The notes under the pieces: model-generated
Told to the model about the DNA's origin: nothing
The model's input: the letters and a program-made list of their open reading frames with translations, nothing else
Databases searched by the model: none
Sequence record: MW960033.1
Source of the DNA: Rhizobium phage RHph_X3_2
Length of the DNA: 32,000 nt
Direction: 5' to 3' (one strand)
In this document: piece by piece, positions 1 to 10,265 of the stretch
How the letters are laid out: every line of letters starts with the position of its first letter
Numbering within the stretch: position 1 is the first letter of the stretch
Made by a program: the position numbers and the translations under genes

Positions 1-2
1 TG

Positions 3-350
3 CACCCGGTCGATGAGACGAAGTACGTCGGCGTCACCGTCAACCTGAAATCGCTGGACTCGCCCGAGATCAAGGCGTTGCAGCGAAAGCATCGCGAGGA
101 AATGCTCCGCTCGGGCAAAGGGCTCAAGCTGAGCGCCGCCAAGCTCGACAAGCAGTCGGAAGAAACACTTGTCGCCGCTATCGATTCTTGGACGTTCGAG
201 CAGGGCGACGACGGCGAGCAGGCAATGCTCGGCGACGACCCGTCTCCGAAGTGCGACGAGAAGAATAAGCTCAAGCTTATTCGCTCGGTCTTCGGCAAGC
301 AGATCGATTCTGCGCTGGAAGACGAAACGCAGTTTTTTACGAAGAGCTGA
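3..350 (+). CDS. Tail assembly chaperone (lambda gpG-like), 5' end truncated by window
   Basis: Frame stays open upstream of the listed TTG at 78 (HPVDETKYVGVTVNLKSLDSPEIKALQRKH...); position directly before the GT-like ORF and tape measure. Confidence 0.6.
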   Translation, partial: HPVDETKYVGVTVNLKSLDSPEIKALQRKHREEMLRSGKGLKLSAAKLDKQSEETLVAAIDSWTFEQGDDGEQAMLGDDPSPKCDEKNKLKLIRSVFGKQIDSALEDETQFFTKS

Positions 351-388
351 CGAACGAGTTTTGCACGGCGGTTAAAACTGCCGTGCAA
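332..388 (+). promoter_or_regulatory. Candidate programmed -1 frameshift signal: G TTT TTT slippery site (332-338) and 12-bp stem-loop (361-372/377-388, loop TAAA)
   Basis: 0-frame codons cag ttt ttt acg; -1 frame open through to 793; perfect stem including one G.U pair. Confidence 0.6.
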
Positions 389-793
389 TACAAAACCCAC
401 GGGTACGAGATGGCTGAAATGGGCGCCAAGAAGGACGCGCCCAAATTGTCACTCACCTGGGCCGAGGTTCTCACTCGGTACGGTCGTCAGCATCAAATCC
501 CCGAAGATTACGAGCCTGAACCCGTCTTCGCCTATTTGTGGAACCTGTTCTGGCAATTCTCGAACCGTCGCAAAATGGTTGACGGCGGACCCTTCGCCAT
601 TGAATACGCCGAAATTTTGGGCTATATGCAATGCACGGGCGAGTTCCTGTTGCCGGTCGAAGTCCATCTAATTACGGCGATGGATGACGCGTATCGCGAG
701 GAGTTTGCTAAGGTCAGAGATCTGCAAAGGTCGTTCAACAAGGGTGCGGCTAATCCCGGCGACAAAAGCAAGGGCAAACCCGCCAAGTTCTGA
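383..793 (+). CDS. Tail assembly chaperone C-terminal part (lambda gpT-like), probably made as a -1 frameshift fusion with the preceding ORF
   Basis: Same frame is open from at least 332; lies between the G-like ORF and the tape measure gene. Confidence 0.6.
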   Translation: MQYKTHGYEMAEMGAKKDAPKLSLTWAEVLTRYGRQHQIPEDYEPEPVFAYLWNLFWQFSNRRKMVDGGPFAIEYAEILGYMQCTGEFLLPVEVHLITAMDDAYREEFAKVRDLQRSFNKGAANPGDKSKGKPAKF

Positions 794-801
794 GGTGAGC
801 A

Positions 802-3168
802 ATGGACGTCGCTGCACTTGGGGTTGAGGTTCATTCGACCAACGTAACGAAGGTCACGGCCGATCTCAACCAGCTTTCAGTCGCGGCGGCAAAGGCCGAG
901 GCGAACGCCGCGAAGCTCGCCAAGCAGAAGCTAGGTGTTGAGCAATCCTATGCGGCCGCGCGTGCAGCGCAGAACATGGCGAAGGCGACCGAGCTCGCCG
1001 CCCGAGCCGAGGGCAACCTCTCAAAGGAACAAATGGCGACGTTGCGCAACGAGCGCCAGCTTGCCAATGCCCACGCTCAGGGCGCCCGGGCGAAACTCGA
1101 GGAGGCCCGGGCCGCCGACGTTTTGGCGCGTGCCGAGCACAAGCTCGCGCAGGAGCAGTTGCGCGCCGCACAGGCTGACCGCGACCGCATTCCCCAGCGT
1201 CCCGCAAACCAGAACGTTGCCGGTCGCGAAAACTGGGGCAATCAAAGCAACCCCGCAAACATCGCCGCGCAGTTCCAGGACATCGGTGTCACTGCGGCGA
1301 TGGGTATGAACCCGCTGATGATCGCCTTGCAGCAGGGCACCCAGCTTAGCATGGCGATGGGTGGCGGGATTAAGGCGCTCGGTGCGGCACTTGCTATGTG
1401 CTTCACCGCAACAACGCTGCTCACCATCGGCGTGGTCGCGCTGGTCGCCGCCCTCATTCAATGGGTCGACTGGGCGGGCCTCGCTGCCAAGGCGCTCGAC
1501 TGGCTCGCAGACAACTTGCAGATGATCGCACCTTATGCGGTCGCTGCGGCTGCTGCCCTCGCCCTGATCTACGCGCCGGCAATCGTCGGTGGCATCATTT
1601 CGCTGATCGCCCTGATCTCCCGGGTGGGGCTCGCCGCGACCGTCGCCGGTGCGCAAATGGCAGCTGCTTGGGTCGTCGCCTCCGGTCCGATCGGCTGGTT
1701 GATCACCGCGGTCGGCCTCGTCCTCGCGGCAATGTACGTGTTCCGGGATGAGATCAACCAGGTGTTCGGGGTCGATGTCGTAAACGCGGCGAAGACCGGG
1801 GCGAACTACGTTATCGGCGCCTTTGTCGCCGCGTACCATGACCTTGAGTTCATTTGGGCGAACTTCCCCAACATTATCGGCGCAGCCGCGGTCGGTGCCG
1901 CCAACCTCGCAATCAAGGCCATGAACGGCTTGATGCAGATGGCAACGGACCATATCAACCAATGGATCAAGGGCATAAACCAAATCCTGTCGCTCGCCGG
2001 CATGGGTACAATTGGCGAGATCTCGGTCGGCAGTATTGGGCAGATTGAGAACACCCAGTTCGAAGGTCTCAAGTCGTCGCTTGCTGAGCGCAACGCGCAG
2101 ATTGACCTGGACATGAATACCGACTACGTCGGCGGGGCAATCAGCTACATCCAGAAGGGTGCTGACGCCGCGAGTGGTAAGCTTCGCGAGCTGTCCAAGC
2201 TCATGACCGAGGTTGACGACAAGACCAAGGGTAAGGGCAAGGGTCGCGCAGGCGGTGCCGGTGGCAAGACGGATGAGGACAAGTTCGGCGACATCGTTGA
2301 TGGCGCAAACAGGCGCATCGCTGAGTTGCAGGCCGAGCGGGATGCCCTTGGATTGACAGCCGAGCAGGCGGCTCGCCTTCGCTACGAAACCGAGCTGCTT
2401 AACCAGGCGCAGCAGAAGAACATTGCTTTGTCGCCGCAACAGCGCGCTGAGCTGGGTTCGCTCGCCGCTGAGATGGCCAAACTCGAGATCGAGACGAAGC
2501 GCGCAAAGGAGACGATGGACTTCGCGAAGGACATCACCAAAGGCTTCTTCGGCGACCTGCGGTCGGGATTGGCTGAGGGCAAAAGCCTTTGGGAAGCGTT
2601 CGGCGATGCGGCCATGAATGTCCTCGATAAGATCGTGGACAAGCTCATGAACGATGTTATTGACGCCCTGTTTCAAACCAGCTCGGCAACGGGCGGGTTG
2701 TTCGGTGGCGGCGGTGGCGGAGGCGGTGGCGGCATCCTGGGCGGCCTGTTCGGCTGGTTGTTCTCGGCGAAGGGCAACGCCTTCGGTCGTGGCGGTGTTC
2801 ACAAGTTCGCCAAGGGCGGCGCGTTCACCAATCAGATCGTCTCTTCGCCAACCCTGTTCAAGTTCGCCAAGGGTGCGGGCATGATGGGCGAGGCAGGCCC
2901 GGAAGCGATCATGCCGCTCTCGCGTGACGCAAACGGTCGCCTTGGCGTTACCGCGCTCGATGCACGCCGCGGCGGTGGCGGGAACATGAACGTCCATGTC
3001 ACGTCCGAAGTCTTCATGAACGAAGACGGGCAATGGGAAGCTCGCGTCCGCGACATCTCGCAAGAGGAATCTGAAAAGACGACCAAAGCAGGTCTTAATG
3101 CCTTCTCGCAAAAGGAGCTTCCGACCCGCGTTGAGCAAATCAACAAGAACCCGCGCCGGAGAGGTTAA
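802..3168 (+). CDS. Tail tape measure protein
   Basis: 788 aa, Ala-rich coiled-coil start, multiple central hydrophobic segments, Gly-rich tract, C-terminal KFAKGAGMMGEAGPEAIMPLSR typical of phage tape measure proteins. Confidence 0.9.
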   Translation: MDVAALGVEVHSTNVTKVTADLNQLSVAAAKAEANAAKLAKQKLGVEQSYAAARAAQNMAKATELAARAEGNLSKEQMATLRNERQLANAHAQGARAKLEEARAADVLARAEHKLAQEQLRAAQADRDRIPQRPANQNVAGRENWGNQSNPANIAAQFQDIGVTAAMGMNPLMIALQQGTQLSMAMGGGIKALGAALAMCFTATTLLTIGVVALVAALIQWVDWAGLAAKALDWLADNLQMIAPYAVAAAAALALIYAPAIVGGIISLIALISRVGLAATVAGAQMAAAWVVASGPIGWLITAVGLVLAAMYVFRDEINQVFGVDVVNAAKTGANYVIGAFVAAYHDLEFIWANFPNIIGAAAVGAANLAIKAMNGLMQMATDHINQWIKGINQILSLAGMGTIGEISVGSIGQIENTQFEGLKSSLAERNAQIDLDMNTDYVGGAISYIQKGADAASGKLRELSKLMTEVDDKTKGKGKGRAGGAGGKTDEDKFGDIVDGANRRIAELQAERDALGLTAEQAARLRYETELLNQAQQKNIALSPQQRAELGSLAAEMAKLEIETKRAKETMDFAKDITKGFFGDLRSGLAEGKSLWEAFGDAAMNVLDKIVDKLMNDVIDALFQTSSATGGLFGGGGGGGGGGILGGLFGWLFSAKGNAFGRGGVHKFAKGGAFTNQIVSSPTLFKFAKGAGMMGEAGPEAIMPLSRDANGRLGVTALDARRGGGGNMNVHVTSEVFMNEDGQWEARVRDISQEESEKTTKAGLNAFSQKELPTRVEQINKNPRRRG

Positions 3169-3170
3169 CA

Positions 3171-3821
3171 ATGGCTGCGCTTACATATCCGTTTTCGCTG
3201 CCATTCCTGGCTGACCTGCTCGAGATCGAGACTGTGACGTTCGACCTTGAACGCAACGATGCTGTGTCCGGGCAGGGCACTGGTCAGACCATCGGCGTCG
3301 AGCTCGCCCCGCCCTTGTGGTTTGCCGAGGTGTCTCTCACCCCTGATTACCTCCAGGAAGCCGAGATCATCGCTGCGAAGTTTCGCGCGTTGCGGGGTGT
3401 CATGGGTACCTTCTACCTGTACGATCCCCGCAAGAAGTTCCCAATGGAAGATCCCACCGGGTCGATCCTCGGCGCTAGCACGATCACGATCACCGCGAAG
3501 GGCGCCAACAATGATACTTTGTCGCTGAGTGGCTTCCCCATTGGGTACAAACTGACGCCCGGCGACAAGTTTAGCCTCGCTTACGGGGCTTCATTTCGTT
3601 ACTTCGGTGAGTTCTCGGATTACGCCACGGCGAACGGCGCAGGCGTCATAACCGCGGTGCCTGTGCTGCCGCACATCCCCTTGGCCGTCTCGATCGGAAC
3701 CGAGTTGACGTTGAAGACCCCTTTCTGCAAAATGGCCCTTGACGTGAAGGGGTGGAACCCAGGTTCGAGCTCGGGCCTCCACACCGGCGGTCAGAAGTTC
3801 AGGGCCATTCAGAAGGTGTGA
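3171..3821 (+). CDS. Distal tail protein, DUF2460-like
   Basis: Position after tape measure; FRALRGVMGTFYLYDPRKK.. and fold-like pattern of that family. Confidence 0.6.
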   Translation: MAALTYPFSLPFLADLLEIETVTFDLERNDAVSGQGTGQTIGVELAPPLWFAEVSLTPDYLQEAEIIAAKFRALRGVMGTFYLYDPRKKFPMEDPTGSILGASTITITAKGANNDTLSLSGFPIGYKLTPGDKFSLAYGASFRYFGEFSDYATANGAGVITAVPVLPHIPLAVSIGTELTLKTPFCKMALDVKGWNPGSSSGLHTGGQKFRAIQKV

Positions 3822-3822
3822 C

Positions 3823-4452
3823 GTGAGAGACGTAGATCCCAACTTGCAACTCGCGCTTGAGAACGCGCCGTTTGACGGCCTCGTTCCTCGCCGCCTCGTC
3901 TACATGACGGGCAAGTCATTCGACACAGGGTTACCAACCAGCGTTGCGTTCTGGTCGGGTTACGATGAGCAGACGTTCACCGTCGAATCCCCGGACGATG
4001 ATACCACGTTCGCTCGCGCTTACGTTGGCGGGGTCGATCTGCAAACTGGTTCGATTCCGCTGGTGTCGGACCTCACCATTCAGACGGTCAGCATCAGCTT
4101 GAACGCCTTGCACCCTGCGGTGCAAAACTTCGTTCGCGGATCCGACATTCGCCTTGGCAAGGTGCAGATCCATGACGTGGTCCTGAGTGCGCAGTCCCGC
4201 AACGCTGTTTCGACCGCGCCGCTCGTCTTCCTCGGCGAGATCGACGGGTCGCCAATTGATATTCAGGGCGCGAACACGGGCGAGGCGACGGTAACGATCC
4301 GCGCCGTGTCGGACGTCATCTCGATGCTGTCCCGCACGAACCCGGCGAAATCATCGTTCCAGGAACAGATGCTCCGCGACGCCGACGAGTTCGGAAAGTA
4401 CGCGGCGACCGTTTCGACCTGGCAAGTATCGTGGGGCCAGGCAAGCTCATGA
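3823..4452 (+). CDS. Tail protein, DUF2163-like baseplate/hub component
   Basis: Synteny and N-terminal pattern; GTG start. Confidence 0.5.
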   Translation: MRDVDPNLQLALENAPFDGLVPRRLVYMTGKSFDTGLPTSVAFWSGYDEQTFTVESPDDDTTFARAYVGGVDLQTGSIPLVSDLTIQTVSISLNALHPAVQNFVRGSDIRLGKVQIHDVVLSAQSRNAVSTAPLVFLGEIDGSPIDIQGANTGEATVTIRAVSDVISMLSRTNPAKSSFQEQMLRDADEFGKYAATVSTWQVSWGQASS

Positions 4453-4871
4453 AGCGCAAAGATCTGTGGATCACTCCGTACAACGAGTTCATGGACAAGA
4501 TCCGTCGAACTGGGTTCAACTGGGATGAGATCGATTGCGGCCCTCGCTTCGTCGGCGCGCTGTGCGAGGCGCTTACCGGCGTCAACCCTGCGGCGCATCT
4601 CGTCGGCCTCTATCACGATGAAGCGTCCGCCGTCGCCGTCATGCAGGAGCTTGGCTTCAACAACCTGGCCGATGCAACCGCGTCGCTGTTGCCCGAGTAC
4701 GACAACCCCGCAATGGCGCAAATGGGCGACGTGGCGGCGATCCTTGACGAGTCCTCGCCCTTTGGTTATGCATTAGGCATCGTGAACGGCGAACGCATTT
4801 TTGTCCTTGGAAAAAAGGGCGTCGGCGTCGTCAATCGGCGGCACATGAAGCGCGCATTTAAGGTCGGCTAG
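4449..4871 (+). CDS. Tail-module protein with Cys/His motif, DUF6950/NlpC-P60-like
   Basis: FNWDEIDCGPRFVGALCEALTG; ATGA overlap with upstream gene; precedes tail tip gene. Confidence 0.45.
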   Translation: MKRKDLWITPYNEFMDKIRRTGFNWDEIDCGPRFVGALCEALTGVNPAAHLVGLYHDEASAVAVMQELGFNNLADATASLLPEYDNPAMAQMGDVAAILDESSPFGYALGIVNGERIFVLGKKGVGVVNRRHMKRAFKVG

Positions 4872-4874
4872 CCA

Positions 4875-7800
4875 ATGCTTTATTTCATTTTCGCCCTCCT
4901 CGCTTTCTTCCTTCTCGATAGCGGGGCGGCACAAGCAGGCCCGTTGATTGGCGCAATCGTCGCCATCGGTAACGTGCTCGGCGGCCTCGGCATCGTCGGC
5001 AAGATCCTGCTTACGGTCGGTTTGGCGATCGGGCAGACGTTGCTCCAAAAGGCCCTTGCGAAAAAGAACAAGCCGCAGGACCAGATCCAAGGTGCTGACC
5101 TTGAGATCAAGATGGGCGACGACTTGCCGGTCTCCACGACGCTCGGGACGTATGCGACCGCAGGCAAGCGAAAGTATATCGGCGCTTGGGGTAAGGACGG
5201 CAAGACGCCAAACGCCTTTCTTGTCGACGTTATCGAGCTCGGCAATCTGCCGGTCGGCGCGCTTGTGGAACTTTGGATCAACGACAAGAAGTGCACCCTC
5301 GAAACAACCAGCCCTCATCCCGATGGCCTTGGTTATCCTATAGACGAGTTCACCAGCGATGGCAAGGTGTATGGCTGGTGGAAATTCTATGACGGCACGC
5401 AAACCGTCGCTGACGATTATCTGATTGCCAAGTTCGGCAGCCACGCAACCCGCCCGTGGATTAACACCATGATCGGGCGAGGCGTGCCTTATATTATCCT
5501 GACCTATCGCCTCAATCAGAAGCTTTACAGCAACTCGTTGCCCTCGGCGACCGTCGTCACGCGCGGCGCGAAGCTGTACGACATCCGCAAGGATAGCACC
5601 GCAGGCGGCTCAGGCGCGCATCGCTGGGACGATCCTTCGACCTGGGAATCCAGCGATAACCCGTTTGTGCAAGCGTATAACATCGCACGCGGGTTGTCCT
5701 ATGACGGTAAGTGGTTCTACGGCGGCCAAAACGTAAGCACGAAGCGCCTCCCGTCATCCGGGTGGATCGCAGCGATGAACGCGTGCGACGCCTTGCGCTC
5801 GCTCGACGGCGGCGGCACCGAGAAGATGTTCCGGTCGGGTATCGAGCTCAAGGGTGAGAACGAACCGCTCGCAATCATCGAGTACCTGAGGAGCGCGGCA
5901 AACGGTCGCATTGTTGAGATCGGCGGCAAGCTGAAACCCTTCGCCGGTCCGCTGGGCGCTGCCGAAGCGGCCTTCACGGACGGGGACATCATTATCACGG
6001 AAGGGCAGACGTTCGAACCCTTTCCGATCCTGGACGACATCTTCAACGGGGCGACCGCGACTTACCCTGAGCCGCTCGAGAAATGGGCGTCCAAGGATGC
6101 CCCGCCCTACTACGTCGAAGACCTGGAGGAGGAAGACGGGGATCGCCGTCTTGTCGCCGCGTTGCAATTCCCTGCCGCGCCTTACCCTGTCCAGGTTCAA
6201 GCCCTCATGAGGACTGCCGTAGAGGAGGCGCGTCGCTTCCGCACGCATCAGTTTTGGTTGCCGCCCGCCTACTGGGGTCTCGAACCTGGCGACGTTGTGA
6301 CCTGGACGTCCAACATCAACGGTTATGACGACAAGAAGTTCCTTGTGCTTTCGTGCGAGGGCGAGCTGACCTACAATCAACTCGTCACGCTTCGCGAAGT
6401 CGATCCGGCTGACTACGACTGGTCGCCGACGTTTCAGAAGCCCGTTGTTGTCGGCCCGGTCGGCCCCGTTGTGCTACCGAGCCAATTCATCCCGGGTTGG
6501 TCGGTCAATGCATCTTCGTTCTCGGACGACACGGACACTCCCCGTCGCCCGGCGATCGCCATTGCTGCCGACTCCGAGATTGACGACCTCCGGGCAATCA
6601 AAATCCAAATCGTTCACACCGCGTCGGGCGAGCTGGTGCACACCAGCGAGCTTCCTTACGTTGTCGAGGAAGACTATCAATGGACGATCACCGGGTCGTT
6701 CCTGTTCCCGGGTGAGGAATATTCGGTTCGAGGCATCCAGGTCCCGTTCGGCACTCAGCGCGTTGTTGATTGGACGCCGTGGATCGATGTCACCATGTTC
6801 CCGCTTGCGTTCAGCACTCGGGATGTCCTGGACGACGCCATCACTGCGGCAAAGATTCAGACCGCGGCAGTGACGGCTGACAAGATCATGAATGCGGCAA
6901 TCAACGAGCTCAAGCTTGCTGATGCCGCCGTCTCGACGGCGAAGATCCAACTTGCTGCGGTGACGTCCACCATCCTTGCAAACAACTCGGTCATTGCGTC
7001 GAAGATCGCAGACGGGGCGGTGAACACCGCGAAATTCGCGACTGGCATCGAACCCGTCACGATCAGCACGGCGGGAACCCTGCCGACAACGAAGTCGACC
7101 GAGAACATCGTCTGGCAAGGCGATCTCTACACCTGGAACGGCACGGCATACGAGAAGCCAACGCCCGGCCCGGGATCGATCACCTCGACCGAGATCGCGG
7201 ACAATTCGATCACGACGCCGAAGCTCACCGCCAACGCGGTAACGGCCGACAAGGTCGCGGCCAATGCTATTGTCGCCGGGAAAATCGCGGCAGGCGCCGT
7301 CTCGGCAACCGAGATCGCAGCGCAGGCAATCACCGCCTCCAAGTTGTTTTTGGGCGACACGACCAACGTGTTCCCCGACTACAACATGTTGGACCCCGAC
7401 TTCTACAGCTCACCCACGAGCGCGACCTATCAGTTCGTGGGAACCTCAAGCTCTGATCTCGGGCAGAAATATCTGCAAATCACAGGCCCTGCCGGGGCCG
7501 TGGAGGAAGTTGTTTCCGGGTGGTTCGCACTCGAAAAGGTCGGTGAGTACTACATAACAGCTTCCGCTTTCCAAGCCAGCGGTTCCTCTGGTCTCACCAG
7601 CATTGCGCTGATTGAGTTCGGATCGCTAAGCTCAGGCGGCGTGGTCACACCCACTCGTCGGGTTGAAATCGGACAGCGCACCGACAGCACCACCACGACC
7701 AAGTTTTCAATCGCCGAGGCCAACACCTCTTCCGAACGCCGCGCCAGGTTCGTCTTCCAACGGTCGGCCGCAGGTACCGGTGTTTGCTCGTTCGGCGGTC

Positions 7801-9128
7801 CACAGGTGCGTCTGAAAAGCACTGGCGAACTCATCGTAGATGGCACGATCACCGCGGTCAAGATTGCTGCCGACACGATCACGGCAACGCAGATTGCGGC
7901 AGGGGCAATCACGGCGACCGAGCTCGCAACGAACTCGGTAACGGCGATCAAGATCGCAGCAGGCACGATTACCGGCGACAAGATCGCTGCCAACACGATC
8001 GGCGCTAGCCAAATTGCCGCGGACGCCATCACCGCCAAGCATATCGTTGTCACCGACTTTGAGAACCTGGTTGCCAACGGCTACAACAACATTGAAGTGG
8101 CTGTTACCGATGTTTGGGTCGCGGGCTCGGGCGCGACAATCGGTTACAGCTCCAACGCCCTCACCGGCAACAGGTCGATGTTCCTGCAAAAGGCAACGTT
8201 GACCGATAGCGTTTATGTTGACATGCTCGCGGACAAAATGTTCGCGGTTACGCAAGGAGACATTCTCTACGGCGAGGTTGCGGTCGATACCAACGTGACA
8301 ACCACGGCGGGCTTCTACTTCCGTGTCTATTGGTATGACGCCAACAAGGTGGCGCTCGCCTCGCCCACGCTTAACGATTTCGTCAGCAATGCTGCCGTCT
8401 CAACCAGCTGGTCGACATTCAAGGCGAACGTGACTGTTCCCGCCGGCGCTCGCTTCGCAGCAGTCCGATTCTACAACCACAGCACCAATACTGTCGCCTC
8501 GACCTTCTACATTGACCGCGTTATCATTCGACGGATGAGGGGTGCTGAGTTGATCGTGGATGGCACGATCACCGCCGATCACCTCGCAGCGAACACGATA
8601 ACGGCCGCCAAGATCGCAGTCGGGACTATCACCGCCGATCGTATCGTACTCAACGGCATCACCACCGATCGTCTCGCCCCTGAGTGCGTAACGGACGCGG
8701 CTGGTGCACGAACCGCGGCGGCAATCGCCGTGCCGGCGAACACCGAGACACAAATCCAATCGGTCGTTGTCACGGGCACCAGCGGCTCGTTCGCTCAGCT
8801 CATCGGGTCGTTCCTGGTCGATACGATCAACATCAGCACAAGCAGTAACGGCACGCTGATTTATATTCCGATCACAATCACCATTTACCGCGGCGGAACG
8901 TTGATCCACACCATCAACAGCCGCTTGCCGATGACTGGGTACAAATGGGATACGGGCGGCAACGTTGACTGGCACGTTGACAACACGTACTTTGGAGGCC
9001 TCATCCCGGTCATTGCGAAAGACGACACGCCAGCGGTGGGTAGCCAAACGTACTCACTCAGGGTAGAATCTGACCGCGCGCTTTCGGTGCTGCAACGGCA
9101 TTGGTTCGCGTCGATTGTCAAGAGGTGA
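4875..9128 (+). CDS. Tail tip / host specificity protein (J-like) with receptor-binding C-terminal region
   Basis: 1417 aa; hydrophobic N-terminus followed by phage central tail domain; repeat-linked beta-rich modules. Confidence 0.8.
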   Translation: MLYFIFALLAFFLLDSGAAQAGPLIGAIVAIGNVLGGLGIVGKILLTVGLAIGQTLLQKALAKKNKPQDQIQGADLEIKMGDDLPVSTTLGTYATAGKRKYIGAWGKDGKTPNAFLVDVIELGNLPVGALVELWINDKKCTLETTSPHPDGLGYPIDEFTSDGKVYGWWKFYDGTQTVADDYLIAKFGSHATRPWINTMIGRGVPYIILTYRLNQKLYSNSLPSATVVTRGAKLYDIRKDSTAGGSGAHRWDDPSTWESSDNPFVQAYNIARGLSYDGKWFYGGQNVSTKRLPSSGWIAAMNACDALRSLDGGGTEKMFRSGIELKGENEPLAIIEYLRSAANGRIVEIGGKLKPFAGPLGAAEAAFTDGDIIITEGQTFEPFPILDDIFNGATATYPEPLEKWASKDAPPYYVEDLEEEDGDRRLVAALQFPAAPYPVQVQALMRTAVEEARRFRTHQFWLPPAYWGLEPGDVVTWTSNINGYDDKKFLVLSCEGELTYNQLVTLREVDPADYDWSPTFQKPVVVGPVGPVVLPSQFIPGWSVNASSFSDDTDTPRRPAIAIAADSEIDDLRAIKIQIVHTASGELVHTSELPYVVEEDYQWTITGSFLFPGEEYSVRGIQVPFGTQRVVDWTPWIDVTMFPLAFSTRDVLDDAITAAKIQTAAVTADKIMNAAINELKLADAAVSTAKIQLAAVTSTILANNSVIASKIADGAVNTAKFATGIEPVTISTAGTLPTTKSTENIVWQGDLYTWNGTAYEKPTPGPGSITSTEIADNSITTPKLTANAVTADKVAANAIVAGKIAAGAVSATEIAAQAITASKLFLGDTTNVFPDYNMLDPDFYSSPTSATYQFVGTSSSDLGQKYLQITGPAGAVEEVVSGWFALEKVGEYYITASAFQASGSSGLTSIALIEFGSLSSGGVVTPTRRVEIGQRTDSTTTTKFSIAEANTSSERRARFVFQRSAAGTGVCSFGGPQVRLKSTGELIVDGTITAVKIAADTITATQIAAGAITATELATNSVTAIKIAAGTITGDKIAANTIGASQIAADAITAKHIVVTDFENLVANGYNNIEVAVTDVWVAGSGATIGYSSNALTGNRSMFLQKATLTDSVYVDMLADKMFAVTQGDILYGEVAVDTNVTTTAGFYFRVYWYDANKVALASPTLNDFVSNAAVSTSWSTFKANVTVPAGARFAAVRFYNHSTNTVASTFYIDRVIIRRMRGAELIVDGTITADHLAANTITAAKIAVGTITADRIVLNGITTDRLAPECVTDAAGARTAAAIAVPANTETQIQSVVVTGTSGSFAQLIGSFLVDTINISTSSNGTLIYIPITITIYRGGTLIHTINSRLPMTGYKWDTGGNVDWHVDNTYFGGLIPVIAKDDTPAVGSQTYSLRVESDRALSVLQRHWFASIVKR
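6841..8690 (+). repeat. Degenerate ~10-aa (30-nt) ITAxKIAAxT repeats in several blocks within the tail tip protein
   Basis: ITAVKIAADTITATQIAAGAITATELATNSVTAIKIAAGTITGDKIAANTIGASQIAADAITAKH and similar blocks near 6.84-7.05, 7.19-7.35, 7.84-8.05 and 8.56-8.69 kb. Confidence 0.8.
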
Positions 9129-9131
9129 GAG

Positions 9132-9512
9132 ATGAAGTACTTCGCTGTTTATGACGACAATGGGGTGATCCTGCGGCATGGCAAATGCCCGGACGCGACC
9201 CTCGAATTGCAAGGCGACAACGTGCTCGAACTGCTCGCCGAGCCGCCTGCCGACCTCGACCTGGGGCACTACGTGTCGGAGGGCAGCATCACTCAGCGGC
9301 CGCAGTTTGACATCCCGGACGAGCTCGAACTGGCGGTCGGCGAAAGTAAGGATTACGCAATCCCGAACCCGTGCAAGATCACGTTTGACGGCGTGGAGCA
9401 TGTCGTCACCGATGGCGTCTTGGGCATTGACGGCGAGATGCCTGCCGAGTACACATTGACACTCGAGCAATGGCCCTACCTGCCGCACACTTTGAAGGTG
9501 ATTGTCCAATGA
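9132..9512 (+). CDS. Hypothetical tail-associated protein
   Basis: Intact ORF with ATGA coupling to the next gene. Confidence 0.6.
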   Translation: MKYFAVYDDNGVILRHGKCPDATLELQGDNVLELLAEPPADLDLGHYVSEGSITQRPQFDIPDELELAVGESKDYAIPNPCKITFDGVEHVVTDGVLGIDGEMPAEYTLTLEQWPYLPHTLKVIVQ

Positions 9513-9913
9513 GCCGCTTCTCGGTGACAAAGAACTTAGACCCGCTAAAGGTCACAGCTTGTGCTCAGGTCGACCGCATGGCTGAGACCTGCCGAGGCAA
9601 GTACATTACACCCGGCGCGGGGCAGGCGATGGTGTACGTGCAAAAGGAAAAAGAGGCCGAGCTGTTGATGGCTGATCCGAACGTCAGCGAAGATCTCATT
9701 CCGCACATCGTCACCGAAGCGACGGTCGCAAATATCACGTTGCAAGCTATGGCTAATATAATCTTAACAAGAGCAGCCCAATGGCGAATGGTCTCGCCGC
9801 CGATCGAAGTCACCCGCCTGACCACGAAACAGCAAATCATGGCGGCCACGTCGCCCGTCGAGATCGACGCGCTGGTCGCTCAGGCAAAGAGCATCTTTGA
9901 ACAAACGGCGTAG
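9509..9913 (+). CDS. Hypothetical phage protein
   Basis: ATG at 9509 overlaps preceding TGA; 134 aa ORF. Confidence 0.65.
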   Translation: MSRFSVTKNLDPLKVTACAQVDRMAETCRGKYITPGAGQAMVYVQKEKEAELLMADPNVSEDLIPHIVTEATVANITLQAMANIILTRAAQWRMVSPPIEVTRLTTKQQIMAATSPVEIDALVAQAKSIFEQTA

Positions 9914-9967
9914 CCACGCCCCGCAACGTCTGATAGGGTCGGCGCGTCAACAAACGAAGAGGTCACC

Positions 9968-10198
9968 ATGGACTCCCCGCATCAAATGAATCTTATGAAG
10001 CGTCGCCTTGAGCAGGCACGCGCCGAGGCCGACGAGATGGCACGCGTTGCCGACCTGCTCGCCAACAACCTGGCCGCAGCGCTGAATAAGTTGCTCCCGC
10101 ATGATCCCGACTTCGTCGCGGCCCTGACTGGCGGCAAGCAAGAAGAGGCGGCCGAGCCCGCTCCTTTGTCGCCGAATGAGGATCCGCCAACACCCTAA
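9968..10198 (+). CDS. Small hypothetical protein, helical N-terminus
   Basis: 76 aa ORF, upstream gaagaggtcacc. Confidence 0.55.
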   Translation: MDSPHQMNLMKRRLEQARAEADEMARVADLLANNLAAALNKLLPHDPDFVAALTGGKQEEAAEPAPLSPNEDPPTP

Positions 10199-10228
10199 AG
10201 GTGCCAGCGCCCAAAGTCCCGTGTTATG

Positions 10229-10259
10229 AAAACCCCAAGTCTAACGATTTGGGGTTTTT
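10229..10259 (+). terminator. Rho-independent terminator-like hairpin
   Basis: AAAACCCCAA (10229-10238) / TTGGGGTTTT (10249-10258) followed by T; ends just before the endolysin start. Confidence 0.7.
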
Positions 10260-10265
10260 CACGTT

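Noticed and set aside
1021-3171. 716-aa - strand ORF
   Set aside because: Antisense shadow of the tape measure gene; Arg/Cys/His-rich low-plausibility product typical of GC-rich DNA.
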